Assembly (NCBI GenBank): GCA_963663165.1
Contig: OY760175.1
Span: forward strand, 1,024,001-1,088,000
Direction: 5' to 3'
DNA: 64,000 bases
Source: an uncultured Desulfospira sp.
Lineage (GTDB): Bacteria; Desulfobacterota; Desulfobacteria; Desulfobacterales; Desulfobacteraceae
Part shown: piece by piece, positions 35,695 through 46,849 of the stretch
How the letters are laid out: each line of letters begins with the position of its first letter
How positions within the stretch are numbered: the first letter of the stretch is position 1
Position numbers and translations under genes: made by a program
The notes under the pieces: generated by a model
The model's input: the letters and a program-made list of their open reading frames with translations, nothing else
What the model was told of the DNA's origin: nothing
Database searches by the model: none

Positions 35695-38457
35695 TCAGTT
35701 CTCAAGTTTTTCGATTTTAACGGCACAGGCCTTGTACTCAGCCGTCAGGGTAATGGGATCAAAGGCCGGATTGGCCAGCCAGTTGGCATTGCCTTCCCTG
35801 AAGTGGAAAGCCATCCAGACCATACCCTTAGGCACTTCTTTGGTAACATTGGCACGGACCCTGACCTGCCCTCTCCTGGAGGAGACACTGATGTATTCCC
35901 CGTGCTGGATGTTCAGTTTCTGAGCATCGTCCAGGGATATATCGGCGGTTTCCTCGCCAAGAAGGTCGTTGAGACCGCCGCAGCGGCCGGTCTGGGTTCT
36001 GGTATGGTAATGGTACAGCCGGCGCCCCGTACTTAAGACAAAGGGATATTCGTTATCCGGTACTTCGGCCGGCGGGGTCCATTCCACGGGCAGGAACTGT
36101 CCCTTGCCCCTGGAGAAGGCACCGTCCTTGTGCAGGAAACTGGTTCCCGGGTGATCTTCAGTCGGGCAGGGCCACTGGAGGCCGTCCTGCTCAATTCTAT
36201 GGTACTTAATCCCGCAAAAAGCCGGGGCAACAACAGAGAATTCGTTATCCCACAAATCCTTGCCACTGTCGGATTCCCAGTCATGGCCAAACCGTTTGGC
36301 AATCTCCTTGAAGATCCACCAGTTGGGCATGGACTCCCCGGGAGCGGGACTGGCGGTTCTGACCCGGTTTACCCGGCGTTCACTGTTGGTAAACGTACCG
36401 TCGTTTTCGCTCCAGGCCTGGGCCGGGAACACCACGTGGGCAAACTCGGTGGTTTCGTTCAAAAAGATATCCTGGCAGATAAGAAACTCGGCCGATGACA
36501 GCTCATGTTCCACCTTGGAGATATCCGGCTCGGTATTGGCCAGGTTCTCGCCAAAGATATAAAAGGCCCTGACCTTGCCGTCCACCAGTCCGTCCATCAT
36601 CTGGGGGATCATCAGGCCCACCTGGTCGGACAAACCTTCCACGTTCCAGAACTTTTCGAACTTTTCTTTCATTTTGGGATCGGTGACCGCCTGGTAGCCC
36701 GGGTACACGTTGGGCAGGGCCCCCATGTCGCAGGCACCCTGGACGTTGTTCTGTCCTCTCAACGGGTTAACCCCGCCGCACTCTACGCCCATGTTCCCTA
36801 GAAGCATCTGGAGGTTGGCCGTGGAAACCACGTTGTTCCTGCCGCAGGTATGTTCGGTAATCCCCAAGGTATAACAGAGCATCAGGGGATGGACCGAAGC
36901 CAGACGGCGGGCGGCGTCCACTATGGTCTCTGCCGGGATGCCGGTCAGTTCGGCGGCTCGCTCGGGCGGATAGGTCTCCACCACTTCCACCAGTTTGTCA
37001 AAATCTTCGGTGTGTTCGTTTACAAACTCTTTATCATAAAGGTCTTCCTTGAGCAGGACATGCATGAGCCCGTTGAGCAGCGCGATATCCGATCCCACCT
37101 TTAACTGAAGGTGAAGCTCGGCAAAATCACACAACTTGTGCTTCCTGGGATCAGCAACAATCAGCCTGGCCCCGTTTTCCACCGCGTTTTTCAAGAACGT
37201 GGATGCAACGGGATGGGCCTCGGTCATGTTGGACCCGATCACGAAAAACATTTTTGCCTTGTGAAACTCCCCAAAGGAGTTGGTCATGGCGCCTGAACCA
37301 AATGATGCCGCAAGACCTGCGACGGTAGGGGCATGTCAAGTTCGGGCACAATGGTCGATGTTGTTTGTCTTAAACACCGACCTGAACAGTTTCTGCATCT
37401 GGTAAGAGTCTTCGTTGATGGACCGTGCGCAGGCGACCCCGGCCACGGCATCAGGTCCGGACTCCTCAATAATGGCCTTAAGTTTGTCAGCGGTATAGTC
37501 TAAAGCCTCATTCCAGGACACCGGCACAAGTTTGCCGTTTTTCCTTAGCATGGGGGTTTTAAGCCGTTCCTCGGAATAGATAAAATCATATCCGAACCGG
37601 CCTTTTACGCACAGGCGTCCCTTATTGGGAGACCCGTCTTCCACACCCGTGACCTTGACGATTTTTTCATCTTTTACGTGCAGCAGCTGCTGGCAGCCCA
37701 CCCCACAGTACGGGCAGGTGGTCCGGATGGTTTCCATGTCGTTGTGACTGCCCAGCCCAAAGGCCTTTTTCTCAAACAGGGCCCCCACCGGGCAAACCTG
37801 GATACATTCACCGCAATGGGTGCAGGCATCGAGATCCACAGCCGGATACCAGCCGTCAGGATGATCTTCCCTGCGGCCAAAGGGCGGCTTGATGGCCAGG
37901 TTGACCTGGACTTCGTTGCAGGCCTGGACGCAGCGTCCGCATCCAATGCACCTTGAAAAATCCCGGATAATGACCGGAGAAGCGTCATCCAGGGGATGGC
38001 CCTCAAAGGCCGAGTCGGTTCCCTTGACCTTGACATTGTACTCAATGGCCAGATCCTGAAGCCGGCAGTCGCCGTATGCGGGACAAAGGTTGTCATGCCA
38101 CGGCTGGTCCATGATGGCGGCCTGATTTTCGTTCCAGGAGTCAAAAGACGAATCCATAAGCAGGCAGTTATGGGCCCCTGAAGAGATAAGCATCTCGATA
38201 ATGGTTTTCCTGGCCTCAATGACGGCAGGGCTCTGGGTCATGACGACCATCCCGTTGCCGGCCGGGGTTTCACAGGCCGGTAAAAGTTCCCTGGTCCCTT
38301 CCACCTCCACCACGCAGATCCGGCACTGGCCGGTGGGGGTGCAGCCGGAAAGGTAGCACAGGGTGGGAATGTGAATCTGATTTTCCCTGGCCACTTCCAG
38401 AATGGTCTGCCCCGGTTCAAAGGACAGGCGGTTGTTGTTGATGTTGATAATCGGCAT
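35695..38457 (-). CDS. fdhF: Selenocysteine formate dehydrogenase alpha subunit with N-terminal NuoG-like FeS module (about 920 aa; Sec at TGA 37336-37338)
   Basis: In-frame [54 protein letters not shown]; RBS before ATG 38457. Confidence 0.93.
37305..37335 (-). promoter_or_regulatory. Bacterial SECIS-like hairpin
   Basis: GUCGCAGGUCUUGCGGC stem-loop starting 12 nt after the UGA. Confidence 0.7.
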
Positions 38458-38592
38458 TATGATTTCCTTTCCATGATAACCGCTATCGGCGATCCCGGCA
38501 TTGAAGCCGGGGTTAACCATGATAAAATCATTTAAAATTTCCGTAATTTATAGCTACTTACACCCTAAAAGCACTTATAGATAAATGGGGGC

Positions 38593-40518
38593 CTAAAAGG
38601 CCGCCATCAGCATACGATAACACCTGAGGCACCGGGCTGCTTCTTCCCTGGCCTTATGGGCCGGAAGACACCCTTCCACCTCATCAAAACTTTTCACCCG
38701 GATGCCGGGCTTCATCACGGCGCCTTCCTGTCTTTCCGTACACCCGGGATAGGAAAACCCTTTTTCCCGGTCAAACAAGGATTTGGCTTCGGATACTGCA
38801 TCGAGCAGGTCTTTGTAATCGGGTTTGCATTCTCCGGTTTCAAGGTACTGGTCAATGAACTTGGCTGCGGTTTTGCCATGGGCCAGAGCCGCAATCAGGA
38901 TATCCGGGCCGGTCATACAGTCGCCGCCGCCAAACAGGTTGGGGACCTCGGACTGGAAGGTGGTCTCATCCACCACAATGGTGTTCCAGCGGCTGAGCAG
39001 TTTACCGGTTTCCGGCAAGAACTTGTCCACGGTACAGGCCTGGCCGATGGCCGGAATAATGGCATCACAATCCATGACAAACTCAGACCCTTCAATGGGA
39101 ACAGGCCGGCGCCGGCCACTCTTATCCGGTTCGCCAAGTTCCATTTTAAGGCATTTGAGCCCACAGACCTTTCCCTCCTCGTCCGGCACCACTTCAACCG
39201 GGGCCATGAGCTCATGGAAAATGACGTTCTCCTCCTGGGATTCTTTGATCTCAAGGGGGTCTGCCGGCATTTCCGCCACGGTTCTTCTATAAATCAGGTT
39301 CACATCGGTAAATCCAAGGCGGCGGGCGGTTCTGACACAGTCCATGGCCACGTTGCCGCCGCCGATAACCGCAATCCGTTTACCAGTCAAGGGGGTTTCT
39401 CCCCGGGCGGCTTTGGCCAGGAACTCGACACCGGGCATGAAGTTTTCATACCCGTCGTCTTCACCCTTGCATCTCATTTTCATGGCAATGGGGGCACCGG
39501 CACCGACAAAGACGGCTTTATATCCCATTTCAGCCATCTCATCCAGGGTGATATCCTCGCCCACCTTTGTATTGTATTCAATGGTGGCCCCTAGCTGCTC
39601 AACCATAGACACTTCGTGGGCAATCACGTTTCTGGGCAGCCGATAGGCCGGAATGCCGTAAGCCGCCATGCCGCCGGGCCCCTCCTGGGCCTCATAGATG
39701 GTAACCTTGTATCCTTTCCGACCCAGGTAATAGGCACAGGCAAGGCCGGCAGGGCCGGCACCCACAACCGCGACTTCATCTTTGAATTCAGAAGCTCCGG
39801 CAACCCGGCCCGTAAGCTTTCCCGCCATTTCCTGGTCAGCTAAAAATCGTTTGATGGACCGGATGGCCAGGGGCTCGTCCAGGTCATTGCGGCGGCACAT
39901 GGCCTCGCAGGGCCGGACACAGACACGGCCGATGGTTCCGGGCATGGCACAGTCCATTCTGACCACATCCATACCTTCGGACCAGCGGCTCATCCGGACA
40001 TTTTCCAGGTAGGCCGGGATATCCACATGGGAGGGACAGGCACTGATGCAGGGGGCGGTAACAATGGCTTCGTATTCGGCCGGTCTGCTCTGGTAGCTGC
40101 CCTGGGCAGCCTTGGCAAATGCGGTGGGAAAGGCCGCTATCAGATCGAGAACCGGTGTGGCCAGGGTCCGGCCGATATCGCACCGGGCCGTACGGCTGAT
40201 GAGGGTAACCAGGGTCTTGATCCGTTCAAGGTCAGCGGGTTTACCGTTGCCTTTGGCAAGGCCTTGAGCAAGCCGGGCCAGTTCCACTGTGCCCAGGCGG
40301 CAGGGGGTACACTGCCCGCAGGATTCCTGCTCGGCCTTTTTTAAATAGGCGGCCAGAAGTTCTGCAGGATCCAGACTTTCGTCCCATACCGTAAGCCCGC
40401 TCCAGCCCATAATGGCCTTGGGCGCCTTAAGGCTGGGAAACCATTTACCGATATCCAGGGCGGAAAGGTCAAGGTCCAGACCGGTTCTGCCCCACGTGTT
40501 GATTCCCGGATGATCCAT
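38593..40518 (-). CDS. FAD/FeS NAD(P)H oxidoreductase (NuoF 4Fe-4S domain + GltD/SfrB-like), probable FDH partner subunit
   Basis: ESCGQCTPCRLG, PCISACP, GRVCVRPCE, GAGPAG, GGGNVAMD, YRR, CLRC; AAGGA before ATG 40518. Confidence 0.88.
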   Translation of the reverse strand: MDHPGINTWGRTGLDLDLSALDIGKWFPSLKAPKAIMGWSGLTVWDESLDPAELLAAYLKKAEQESCGQCTPCRLGTVELARLAQGLAKGNGKPADLERIKTLVTLISRTARCDIGRTLATPVLDLIAAFPTAFAKAAQGSYQSRPAEYEAIVTAPCISACPSHVDIPAYLENVRMSRWSEGMDVVRMDCAMPGTIGRVCVRPCEAMCRRNDLDEPLAIRSIKRFLADQEMAGKLTGRVAGASEFKDEVAVVGAGPAGLACAYYLGRKGYKVTIYEAQEGPGGMAAYGIPAYRLPRNVIAHEVSMVEQLGATIEYNTKVGEDITLDEMAEMGYKAVFVGAGAPIAMKMRCKGEDDGYENFMPGVEFLAKAARGETPLTGKRIAVIGGGNVAMDCVRTARRLGFTDVNLIYRRTVAEMPADPLEIKESQEENVIFHELMAPVEVVPDEEGKVCGLKCLKMELGEPDKSGRRRPVPIEGSEFVMDCDAIIPAIGQACTVDKFLPETGKLLSRWNTIVVDETTFQSEVPNLFGGGDCMTGPDILIAALAHGKTAAKFIDQYLETGECKPDYKDLLDAVSEAKSLFDREKGFSYPGCTERQEGAVMKPGIRVKSFDEVEGCLPAHKAREEAARCLRCYRMLMAAF

Positions 40519-40876
40519 ATCATGTGTCCTTTTTCTTGTGGTAAGGCTGATGAGCGGTTGGCCATCAGCCGTTAGCAAGCGATATCAGTCCAAAAGCTAT
40601 CTGCTCATATCTAATAGCGGATAAGCCAATGGCTTTCAACAAATAAAATTTTTAAGATCGGAAAATCAAGCCAACCGGTATTAATAATCGGCATCAAAGG
40701 CTTAACTCCAAATGAGACAGCTAATAATAAATTCGAAGAAGGATATCAATAAAATTAGTAAATTTAAATCAAATTCTGCGAATCGGCAAAAAAAAGTCCT
40801 CTGGGCTACTCGGCTCCAAAAGTTTAAAATTTTATTAAGATTATTCTGGGGGAAATAATACAGTTAATTTTCAATA

Positions 40877-40969
40877 TAACGGCCACGGGCCGCTTTGGTT
40901 ATCCAACCAAGAGCCGCCCACAACAAATATTGAAAGTCTTCTCAGGACGTTAGTGAGACTTTCATATAA
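40877..40969 (+). repeat. 90-bp two-hairpin repeat, copy D
   Basis: TAAcggccacgggccg...actttcatATAA. Confidence 0.9.
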
Positions 40970-40970
40970 A

Positions 40971-41400
40971 TGGACTTGGGACTTGGGATATGGGACTTGG
41001 GGATTGCAGTATCCGTGGCATTCCCAAGCCCCATATCCCGAGTCTCAAGCCGGTAGTTAGCGTGAGCCCGTTTTATTTGTCCTTCAAAAACAAAATGTTA
41101 TACGGAAAATGGTGGGCAACGCTTCGCTTTTGCCCACCCTACCGGGCTACCGGGCTGCTACGCTGCTACACTTTTTCCCACCAAACTTTGCTTTCAAAAA
41201 AACTCTCGCCAAGACGTAAAGGCGCAAGGCTTAAATTCCCTTGGACAATGGTATTCTTTGCGCCTTAGCGCCTTTGCGTGAAAATATAAAAAAGAGGGCG
41301 AAGCCCTCGATTTTAGCATCACAGAGCAAAGAGAAAAGCATTCCATACATCGAGAAATCCTTGCTGCCCCAAGCCCCAAGTCCCATATCCCAAGTCCCAA
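40971..41400. repeat. Heptamer (GGGACTT-type) inverted tandem repeats enclosing REP-like and other hairpins
   Basis: 40976-41002 is the exact reverse complement of 41374-41400; a second partner arm lies at 41021-41051. Confidence 0.85.
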
Positions 41401-41475
41401 TTTTATACATTTATTTAATTTACCAGCAAAGAACACACATTTTGGTTGCGGCGTTGCCGCGCTGGGCTTCTCCGG

Positions 41476-42216
41476 CTATTTAAAGAAGGATAGCAGCGCA
41501 TGCAAATTGGTCATGGGATGGGGCGGACATCCCGGGATAAACAAATCCACGGGCAAAATGGTGTCCAGGCCCTCGGTGATCTCGGGGCTGCCCTTGAACG
41601 GGCCGCCGCTGATGGTGCAGGACCCTACCGCAATGACCACCTTAGGGGACGGCGTGGCCTCATAGGTTTCAAGCAGGGCTGTTTTCATATTCCGGGATAC
41701 GGGGCCCGTGACCACAATCCCGTCGGCATGACGGGGGGAGGCCACGAAATTGATCCCGAACCGGGCCAAATCAAAAAACGGCGTGGCCAGAACGTTCAGG
41801 TCAGCTTCACAGGCATTGCAGCCGGCCGCAGACACCTGGCGAAGCTGCAATGAGCGCCCAAACAATTTTTTAAAATGGGTTTTGGCATGGTGGGCAAGGT
41901 CCGGCAGGTCCCCTGAGGTAATCAACTCCTGTCTTGCGGCCGTGCTGATTTCATAGTCGTTGGTAAAGCTGATCCGGCCGTTGGAAACCTGTTCACAGGT
42001 GCCGCAGAACACGCACCGGCCCATATCGATTTTTCCGGCGGCAACGTCAATGGCATCCTGGGGACAGGCCTGGGCACACGCCAATAAGGTCTCTTCGGCC
42101 GTATCCGCCTGGATAACGGGTCGGCCTCGATAGCGGGGAAATACCGTTACCTTTTCCTGGGGATACCCATTGGTCCTGCATCCTTGTTCAAACCTGTTTT
42201 TTAATACGCTAAGCAT
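41476..42216 (-). CDS. Ehr/Hyf small subunit (NuoB-like) with N-terminal ferredoxin domain
   Basis: CAQACP, CVFCGTC, GCNACE, ASPRHADG, GSCTISGG, PGCPPHP. Confidence 0.9.
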   Translation of the reverse strand: MLSVLKNRFEQGCRTNGYPQEKVTVFPRYRGRPVIQADTAEETLLACAQACPQDAIDVAAGKIDMGRCVFCGTCEQVSNGRISFTNDYEISTAARQELITSGDLPDLAHHAKTHFKKLFGRSLQLRQVSAAGCNACEADLNVLATPFFDLARFGINFVASPRHADGIVVTGPVSRNMKTALLETYEATPSPKVVIAVGSCTISGGPFKGSPEITEGLDTILPVDLFIPGCPPHPMTNLHALLSFFK

Positions 42217-42234
42217 TGGGCATTCTCCGCTTTT

Positions 42235-43749
42235 TCAAAGATCAAATCCGCAATAGGACAGATTAAAGCTTTTATTGTTCAATGGGAAATCCGATATCCC
42301 GGTATTCCGCAGGGCCATGGCAAGCCCGTTCCAGTTATGAAAAGAGGGATCCTTTATCTTATACCGCAGGATCTGCCCATTTTCATCGGTGAGTATGGCA
42401 TGGGAGACTTCGCCGCGCCACCCCTCGTTCAAGGTGACCACAAAGCTATCTGCCGGCAGGTCATCCACCCTGCCCTGCCCCACGCAACGGGTTTCCACCG
42501 GAATGGCGGCCAAGGATTCAACGATCTGAAGGGATTGCAGGATTTCATCGTACCGGACCCTGGCCCTGGCATAGACATCCCCGGTTTGTTTCGGGTTTTC
42601 CGGTATGCCCATGTGGGGATAATTTTCCGTTGGAAAGCAGCGCCTGACATCGTATGAAAGGCCGGAAGCCCTGCCAGCCGGCCCCACCAGTCCGAGATGA
42701 TCCGCATCTTCTTTGCTGACCCTGCCGCATCCCTCAAACCGCGCCCGGACCGTGACGGCGTTAAACAACAGCTCTAAGACATGCGCCACCTCGGGCCGCA
42801 GCTCTGAAAGCCGCTCATTTAAAACTTTTCTGACATCATCGGACAGTGAAAACCTTACCCCGCCGGGCCTGACCAGCCCTTTGCCAAACCGGTTGCCGCA
42901 GATCAAAAGGGAAAGGTTAAGAAAATCCCCCCGGATCCGTCCAAAGTAATTGGCCGGCGGCAAAAAGGCCACGTCCCCGCTCAAGGCCCCTAAATCACCG
43001 ATATGGTTGGCCAGACGTTCCAGCTCCAGGGCAATGGTCCGGATAACCTTCGCCCCCTGGTCCGGAACAATTCCGGTTAAGCCTTCAATGCCCTGGGCCA
43101 TGCACAGGCCATGGCCGATGGTGGTGTCTCCGGCAATGTTTTCGGCCAGGATGGGAAGCCGTTTGGGGGCCGCCCCCAAGAGCAGATCTTCTATCCCCCG
43201 GTGCTGGTATCCCAGCTGGATTTCAAGATGAAGGACCCGCTCCCCGATGCAGTTAAACCGGAAGTGGCCCGGTTCAATCACCCCGGCATGGACCGGCCCG
43301 ACCGCCACCTCATGGATCTGGTCGCCGTCCACCTGATAATAGGGATAGTTTCCCGGGATATCTTCGGTATAATCATTGCCGAATGCATCCTTGACCCCTT
43401 CCCTGCCATTGGGATGGTACCGGACCATTTTCAACCAGGGATGATCCTCAGGGATAATCCCGAACTGCTCGGCCATTTCCCTTTCAAACAGATGAAAGGG
43501 CTCACAGACCCTTGTCAGTGACGGATAAGACTCAGGGGCGTCACAACCGGCCGTAAACAAGTGGTCCTTCCGCAGCACCGCCATCATTTTAACGGCACCA
43601 TGGTCCTGGTAGGCAAAAAACTGAACCACCTTGGCACCGGCGGACACCATCTCAAGGGCATGTTTTCGAAAACTTTCAAAGGAAAGATGGGGAATCGCTT
43701 CCCGAAGGACTTTCTGCCCGTTTGAAATTTGTAAAAAATCGTTGATCAT
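42235..43749 (-). CDS. Ehr/HyfG-like large subunit (NuoC/D-like) lacking the NiFe CxxC motifs
   Basis: VGPVHAGVIEPGHFRF, GYQHRGIE, ELERLANH, EGWRGE; C-terminus SFNLSYCGFDL. Confidence 0.9.
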   Translation of the reverse strand: MINDFLQISNGQKVLREAIPHLSFESFRKHALEMVSAGAKVVQFFAYQDHGAVKMMAVLRKDHLFTAGCDAPESYPSLTRVCEPFHLFEREMAEQFGIIPEDHPWLKMVRYHPNGREGVKDAFGNDYTEDIPGNYPYYQVDGDQIHEVAVGPVHAGVIEPGHFRFNCIGERVLHLEIQLGYQHRGIEDLLLGAAPKRLPILAENIAGDTTIGHGLCMAQGIEGLTGIVPDQGAKVIRTIALELERLANHIGDLGALSGDVAFLPPANYFGRIRGDFLNLSLLICGNRFGKGLVRPGGVRFSLSDDVRKVLNERLSELRPEVAHVLELLFNAVTVRARFEGCGRVSKEDADHLGLVGPAGRASGLSYDVRRCFPTENYPHMGIPENPKQTGDVYARARVRYDEILQSLQIVESLAAIPVETRCVGQGRVDDLPADSFVVTLNEGWRGEVSHAILTDENGQILRYKIKDPSFHNWNGLAMALRNTGISDFPLNNKSFNLSYCGFDL

Positions 43750-45179
43750 TTAAGCCCTCCGCCTAACGCCGTCACGGCATCCAATATGGTTTGATTCAGT
43801 GAATCCGGAATAAAAAAGCATAAGAATAGAGAGGTTAACAGCAGAATATACTGGGGATAGACCATGCCGGCCCGTTCTTTTATCTTGATGGCCGTATCGC
43901 TCTCATCAAAGGATATCTTCATGACCTGGTTGGCAAAGCCGGCAAAAATAACGCATAAGCTGAGGATAAAAATGGTGACGGCCACATGGAGCCCGGCTTT
44001 AAAGGCGGCCATGATGATGCAGACCTCCCCGATGAAAATGCCAAAGGGGGGAAATCCGGCAATCCCTGCAAAACCGGAAAAAAAGGCCACAAAGGTTCCG
44101 GGCATGTCCTTGAGCAGGTTACCGGTGCGATTGATCAGCCGGTCCCCGTATCCGAGCAGGATATTGCCTGAACACAGAAACAATGAGGACTTTATCAGGC
44201 TGTGATGGATCAGGCAGATTACGGCCCCGTATACCCCTAATCCGCCGACCCCGGTGCCAAAGGCAATGATGCCCATATTTTCGATACTGGAGTAGGCCAG
44301 CAGCCGCTTGTACTCGTTCTGCTTTAAAATAAAGGTAGCGGCCGCCAAAATGGACAACAGGCCGAACACCACCAGGATGGTGCCTGAGAAGTCGGCAAGA
44401 CCTGCCTTGACCATGATCTTGTTGGTTTTAAAAATCCCCAGATAAGCACAGTTGAGCAGCACCCCGGACAACAGGGCCGACGCCGGGCTTGGGGCTTCGC
44501 TGTGGGCATCGGGCAGCCAGGTGTGCATGGGGGCCAGGCCCATCTTAGTCCCATACCCCACCAGGATAAAAACAAAACCGGCTTTGAGCCAGACCGGATT
44601 AAGGGTTTTGGCCGCCATGGTCAGGGCGGAAAAGCTGATGGGCATGCCCGCGTTTTCCTGGCCCATGGAAAAGGTGATCAGGACAGACCCCAAAAGGGCC
44701 ATGGCAATCCCCACCGAACAGATCAGCACATACTTCCAGGTGGCCTCAAGGCAGGCTGCGGACCGGTGGGTGTATATCAGGGGGGCACTGGCCAGGGTAG
44801 TGGCTTCAATGGCAATCCACATGACCATGATATGGTCCGACAGGGTCACCATGGTCATGGTGGATAAAAACACCAGCATGGAGCCGGTGAACAGGCCTTC
44901 GGAAGGCAGGTTGCTTTCCTTAAGGTACCCGAGTGTGTAAATGGAGATCAGCAAAAACAACAGGGAGATCACCAGCAGGGAAAGCATGCCTTCCGGGGTG
45001 ATGGCAAAATACTGTTCAAAGGTTGCGGCCGGCTGGTTTTTCCAAAGCATCAGGGAAAGCACCAGATGGACCGCACCGGTCAGGACCAGCAGTGCCCTGC
45101 CCCCGGCCTTTGGCAGAAAAAAAGCAACAAGCCCTGCGATAAAGGGTGCCAGAAATACAATTTCAACCATACATCCCAC
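43746..45179 (-). CDS. HyfF-like antiporter membrane subunit
   Basis: WIAIEATT, EATWKY, GTKMGLAPMHTWLPDAHSEAP, KRLLAYSSIEN. Confidence 0.9.
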   Translation of the reverse strand: MGCMVEIVFLAPFIAGLVAFFLPKAGGRALLVLTGAVHLVLSLMLWKNQPAATFEQYFAITPEGMLSLLVISLLFLLISIYTLGYLKESNLPSEGLFTGSMLVFLSTMTMVTLSDHIMVMWIAIEATTLASAPLIYTHRSAACLEATWKYVLICSVGIAMALLGSVLITFSMGQENAGMPISFSALTMAAKTLNPVWLKAGFVFILVGYGTKMGLAPMHTWLPDAHSEAPSPASALLSGVLLNCAYLGIFKTNKIMVKAGLADFSGTILVVFGLLSILAAATFILKQNEYKRLLAYSSIENMGIIAFGTGVGGLGVYGAVICLIHHSLIKSSLFLCSGNILLGYGDRLINRTGNLLKDMPGTFVAFFSGFAGIAGFPPFGIFIGEVCIIMAAFKAGLHVAVTIFILSLCVIFAGFANQVMKISFDESDTAIKIKERAGMVYPQYILLLTSLFLCFFIPDSLNQTILDAVTALGGGLK

Positions 45180-45824
45180 CTAATCCTTTAAAGTTCTGAG
45201 CAATGCCGTGTTCACGTCATCAAAGGTCTTTTTGATATTCCGGAGGATGACCGCCATGATCATGACACCGGCCAGCACATCCAGCAAAATCCCAAATTCA
45301 ACAATATGGCGGGCCGTGGCCGACAGGCCCGATCCCACCAGGTAAATTCCGTTTTCCATCATGATATAGCCGATCACCATGACAATGGCATTCCGGCGGG
45401 CCATGAGCAGGAACATGCCCGTTATCAAAAGGGCAATGGCCGCAGGCGCCATCAGCTTGTAACCGCTGACCGTAACAATATCGAGCCGGGCCGAAAGATA
45501 GGTGGCCGCAATAATCACGGCAAGGCCGCAGAAAATAGAGGCATGATACCCCACAATAGGTTCCACTTCCCGCTGGATGGCCCCTTTTCTGACCGCCACC
45601 CAGATGCTCAGGGGAATAACAATCCCCCGGATAAGCAAGGTGGCAAGGGTAAACAAGGTGCCGCCCGGACTCATGTCATGGCCGATGAAAAAGGGAAGCA
45701 GGGAAATCACAATGCCCTGAAAGGCCAGCAGCTTGATCAGGACCCGGACCCGGCTGGAGCCAAAGGAAAACAGAAGCGACACCAGGACCAGGGATAAAAT
45801 AATGTCCACCAAATTGAGTATCAT
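45180..45824 (-). CDS. HyfE-like membrane subunit
   Basis: Hydrophobic; MENGIYL, VEFGILLD. Confidence 0.85.
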   Translation of the reverse strand: MILNLVDIILSLVLVSLLFSFGSSRVRVLIKLLAFQGIVISLLPFFIGHDMSPGGTLFTLATLLIRGIVIPLSIWVAVRKGAIQREVEPIVGYHASIFCGLAVIIAATYLSARLDIVTVSGYKLMAPAAIALLITGMFLLMARRNAIVMVIGYIMMENGIYLVGSGLSATARHIVEFGILLDVLAGVMIMAVILRNIKKTFDDVNTALLRTLKD

Positions 45825-46741
45825 TTAACAAACTCCAGGGTTATGATGGTTGCAAAAAAGGCCAGGGCAAAGGAGGTCAGCACAAACAGGGGCACCTTGT
45901 CCATGCGGTACCGGGCCATGACCGACTCGGTCACCCCCACGGCCGTATACACCACCAGAAGGCCGATGACATACAGCAAAAGAGAAGCACCGAAAATCGG
46001 AATTTCAAAGGGAAGAATCATGTTGGAGATAATGGTGGCATAGAACATGAGCTTGCAAAAGGAACCCAGCTCAATGAGGCCGAAATCCGGGCCGCTGTGG
46101 TCCAGCACCATGACTTCGTGGATCATGGTCAACTCAAGATGGGTGGCCGGATCATCCACCGGCACCCTTGAATTCTCCGTTAGCAGGATAATGAAAAAGG
46201 AGATCACGACAAACAGCACCGGCGCACCGGCCAGGCCCCACATGCCGGCGGCGTGGCCGCCGCTAAAATAGGCGCCCAGTTGCAACTGCCCGGTGAGGCG
46301 GTAAAAGAAGATCAGGATCATGAACATGGCGGCCTCGCAGATAATGGGGAAATAGGCTTCCCTGGCAGCCCCCATGCCTTCAAAGGGAGAGGCGGTATCC
46401 ATGGCCGCAGCAATGGTTAAAAACCGGCCAAGCCCCAGAAGATACAAGATAAAAATCACATCCCCGTTAAAGGAAAATATGGGGGCATGGCCTGCAATGG
46501 GCAAAAACATGAGAACCGTAACGGATGCGGCAAATGAAACAATGGGCCCCAGTTTAAACACATAGGTGGTGCTGTTGCTGTAAACCGATCCCTTTTGGAA
46601 CAGTTTGATCAACGTATAGTAATTGATCAGCAGGGGCGGCCCCTTTTTCCCCCCGAAAAAGGCCTTGACCTTGAGAATCAGGCCCGAAAAAAACGGTGCG
46701 ATTAAAATGGCCCCAAGCCAGAGTAAAATGGATTGAATCAT
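45821..46741 (-). CDS. HyfC/NuoH-like membrane subunit
   Basis: GPPLL, FEGMGAARE, RVPVDDPATHLELTMIHE. Confidence 0.9.
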   Translation of the reverse strand: MIQSILLWLGAILIAPFFSGLILKVKAFFGGKKGPPLLINYYTLIKLFQKGSVYSNSTTYVFKLGPIVSFAASVTVLMFLPIAGHAPIFSFNGDVIFILYLLGLGRFLTIAAAMDTASPFEGMGAAREAYFPIICEAAMFMILIFFYRLTGQLQLGAYFSGGHAAGMWGLAGAPVLFVVISFFIILLTENSRVPVDDPATHLELTMIHEVMVLDHSGPDFGLIELGSFCKLMFYATIISNMILPFEIPIFGASLLLYVIGLLVVYTAVGVTESVMARYRMDKVPLFVLTSFALAFFATIITLEFVK

Positions 46742-46763
46742 GTCAGGTTTCCCTTGTTCTTTA

Positions 46764-46849
46764 AGCTTTTAGCTATTAGCTTTTAGCTGTTAGCATTTAT
46801 CTGTTACGGGAACTCATTGCTAACAGCTAATGGCTAACGGCTAACAGCT
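46764..46849. repeat. Hairpin with five AGCTNTT heptamers per arm, inside the Ehr operon
   Basis: agctttt agctatt agctttt agctgtt agcattt / cattgct aacagct aatggct aacggct aacagct. Confidence 0.88.

Noticed and set aside
37284..37340. FDH as a nonsense pseudogene
   Set aside because: The TGA is at the known Sec position and is followed by a SECIS-like hairpin
42235..43749. True group 4 [NiFe]-hydrogenase
   Set aside because: Both CxxC Ni-binding motifs are absent
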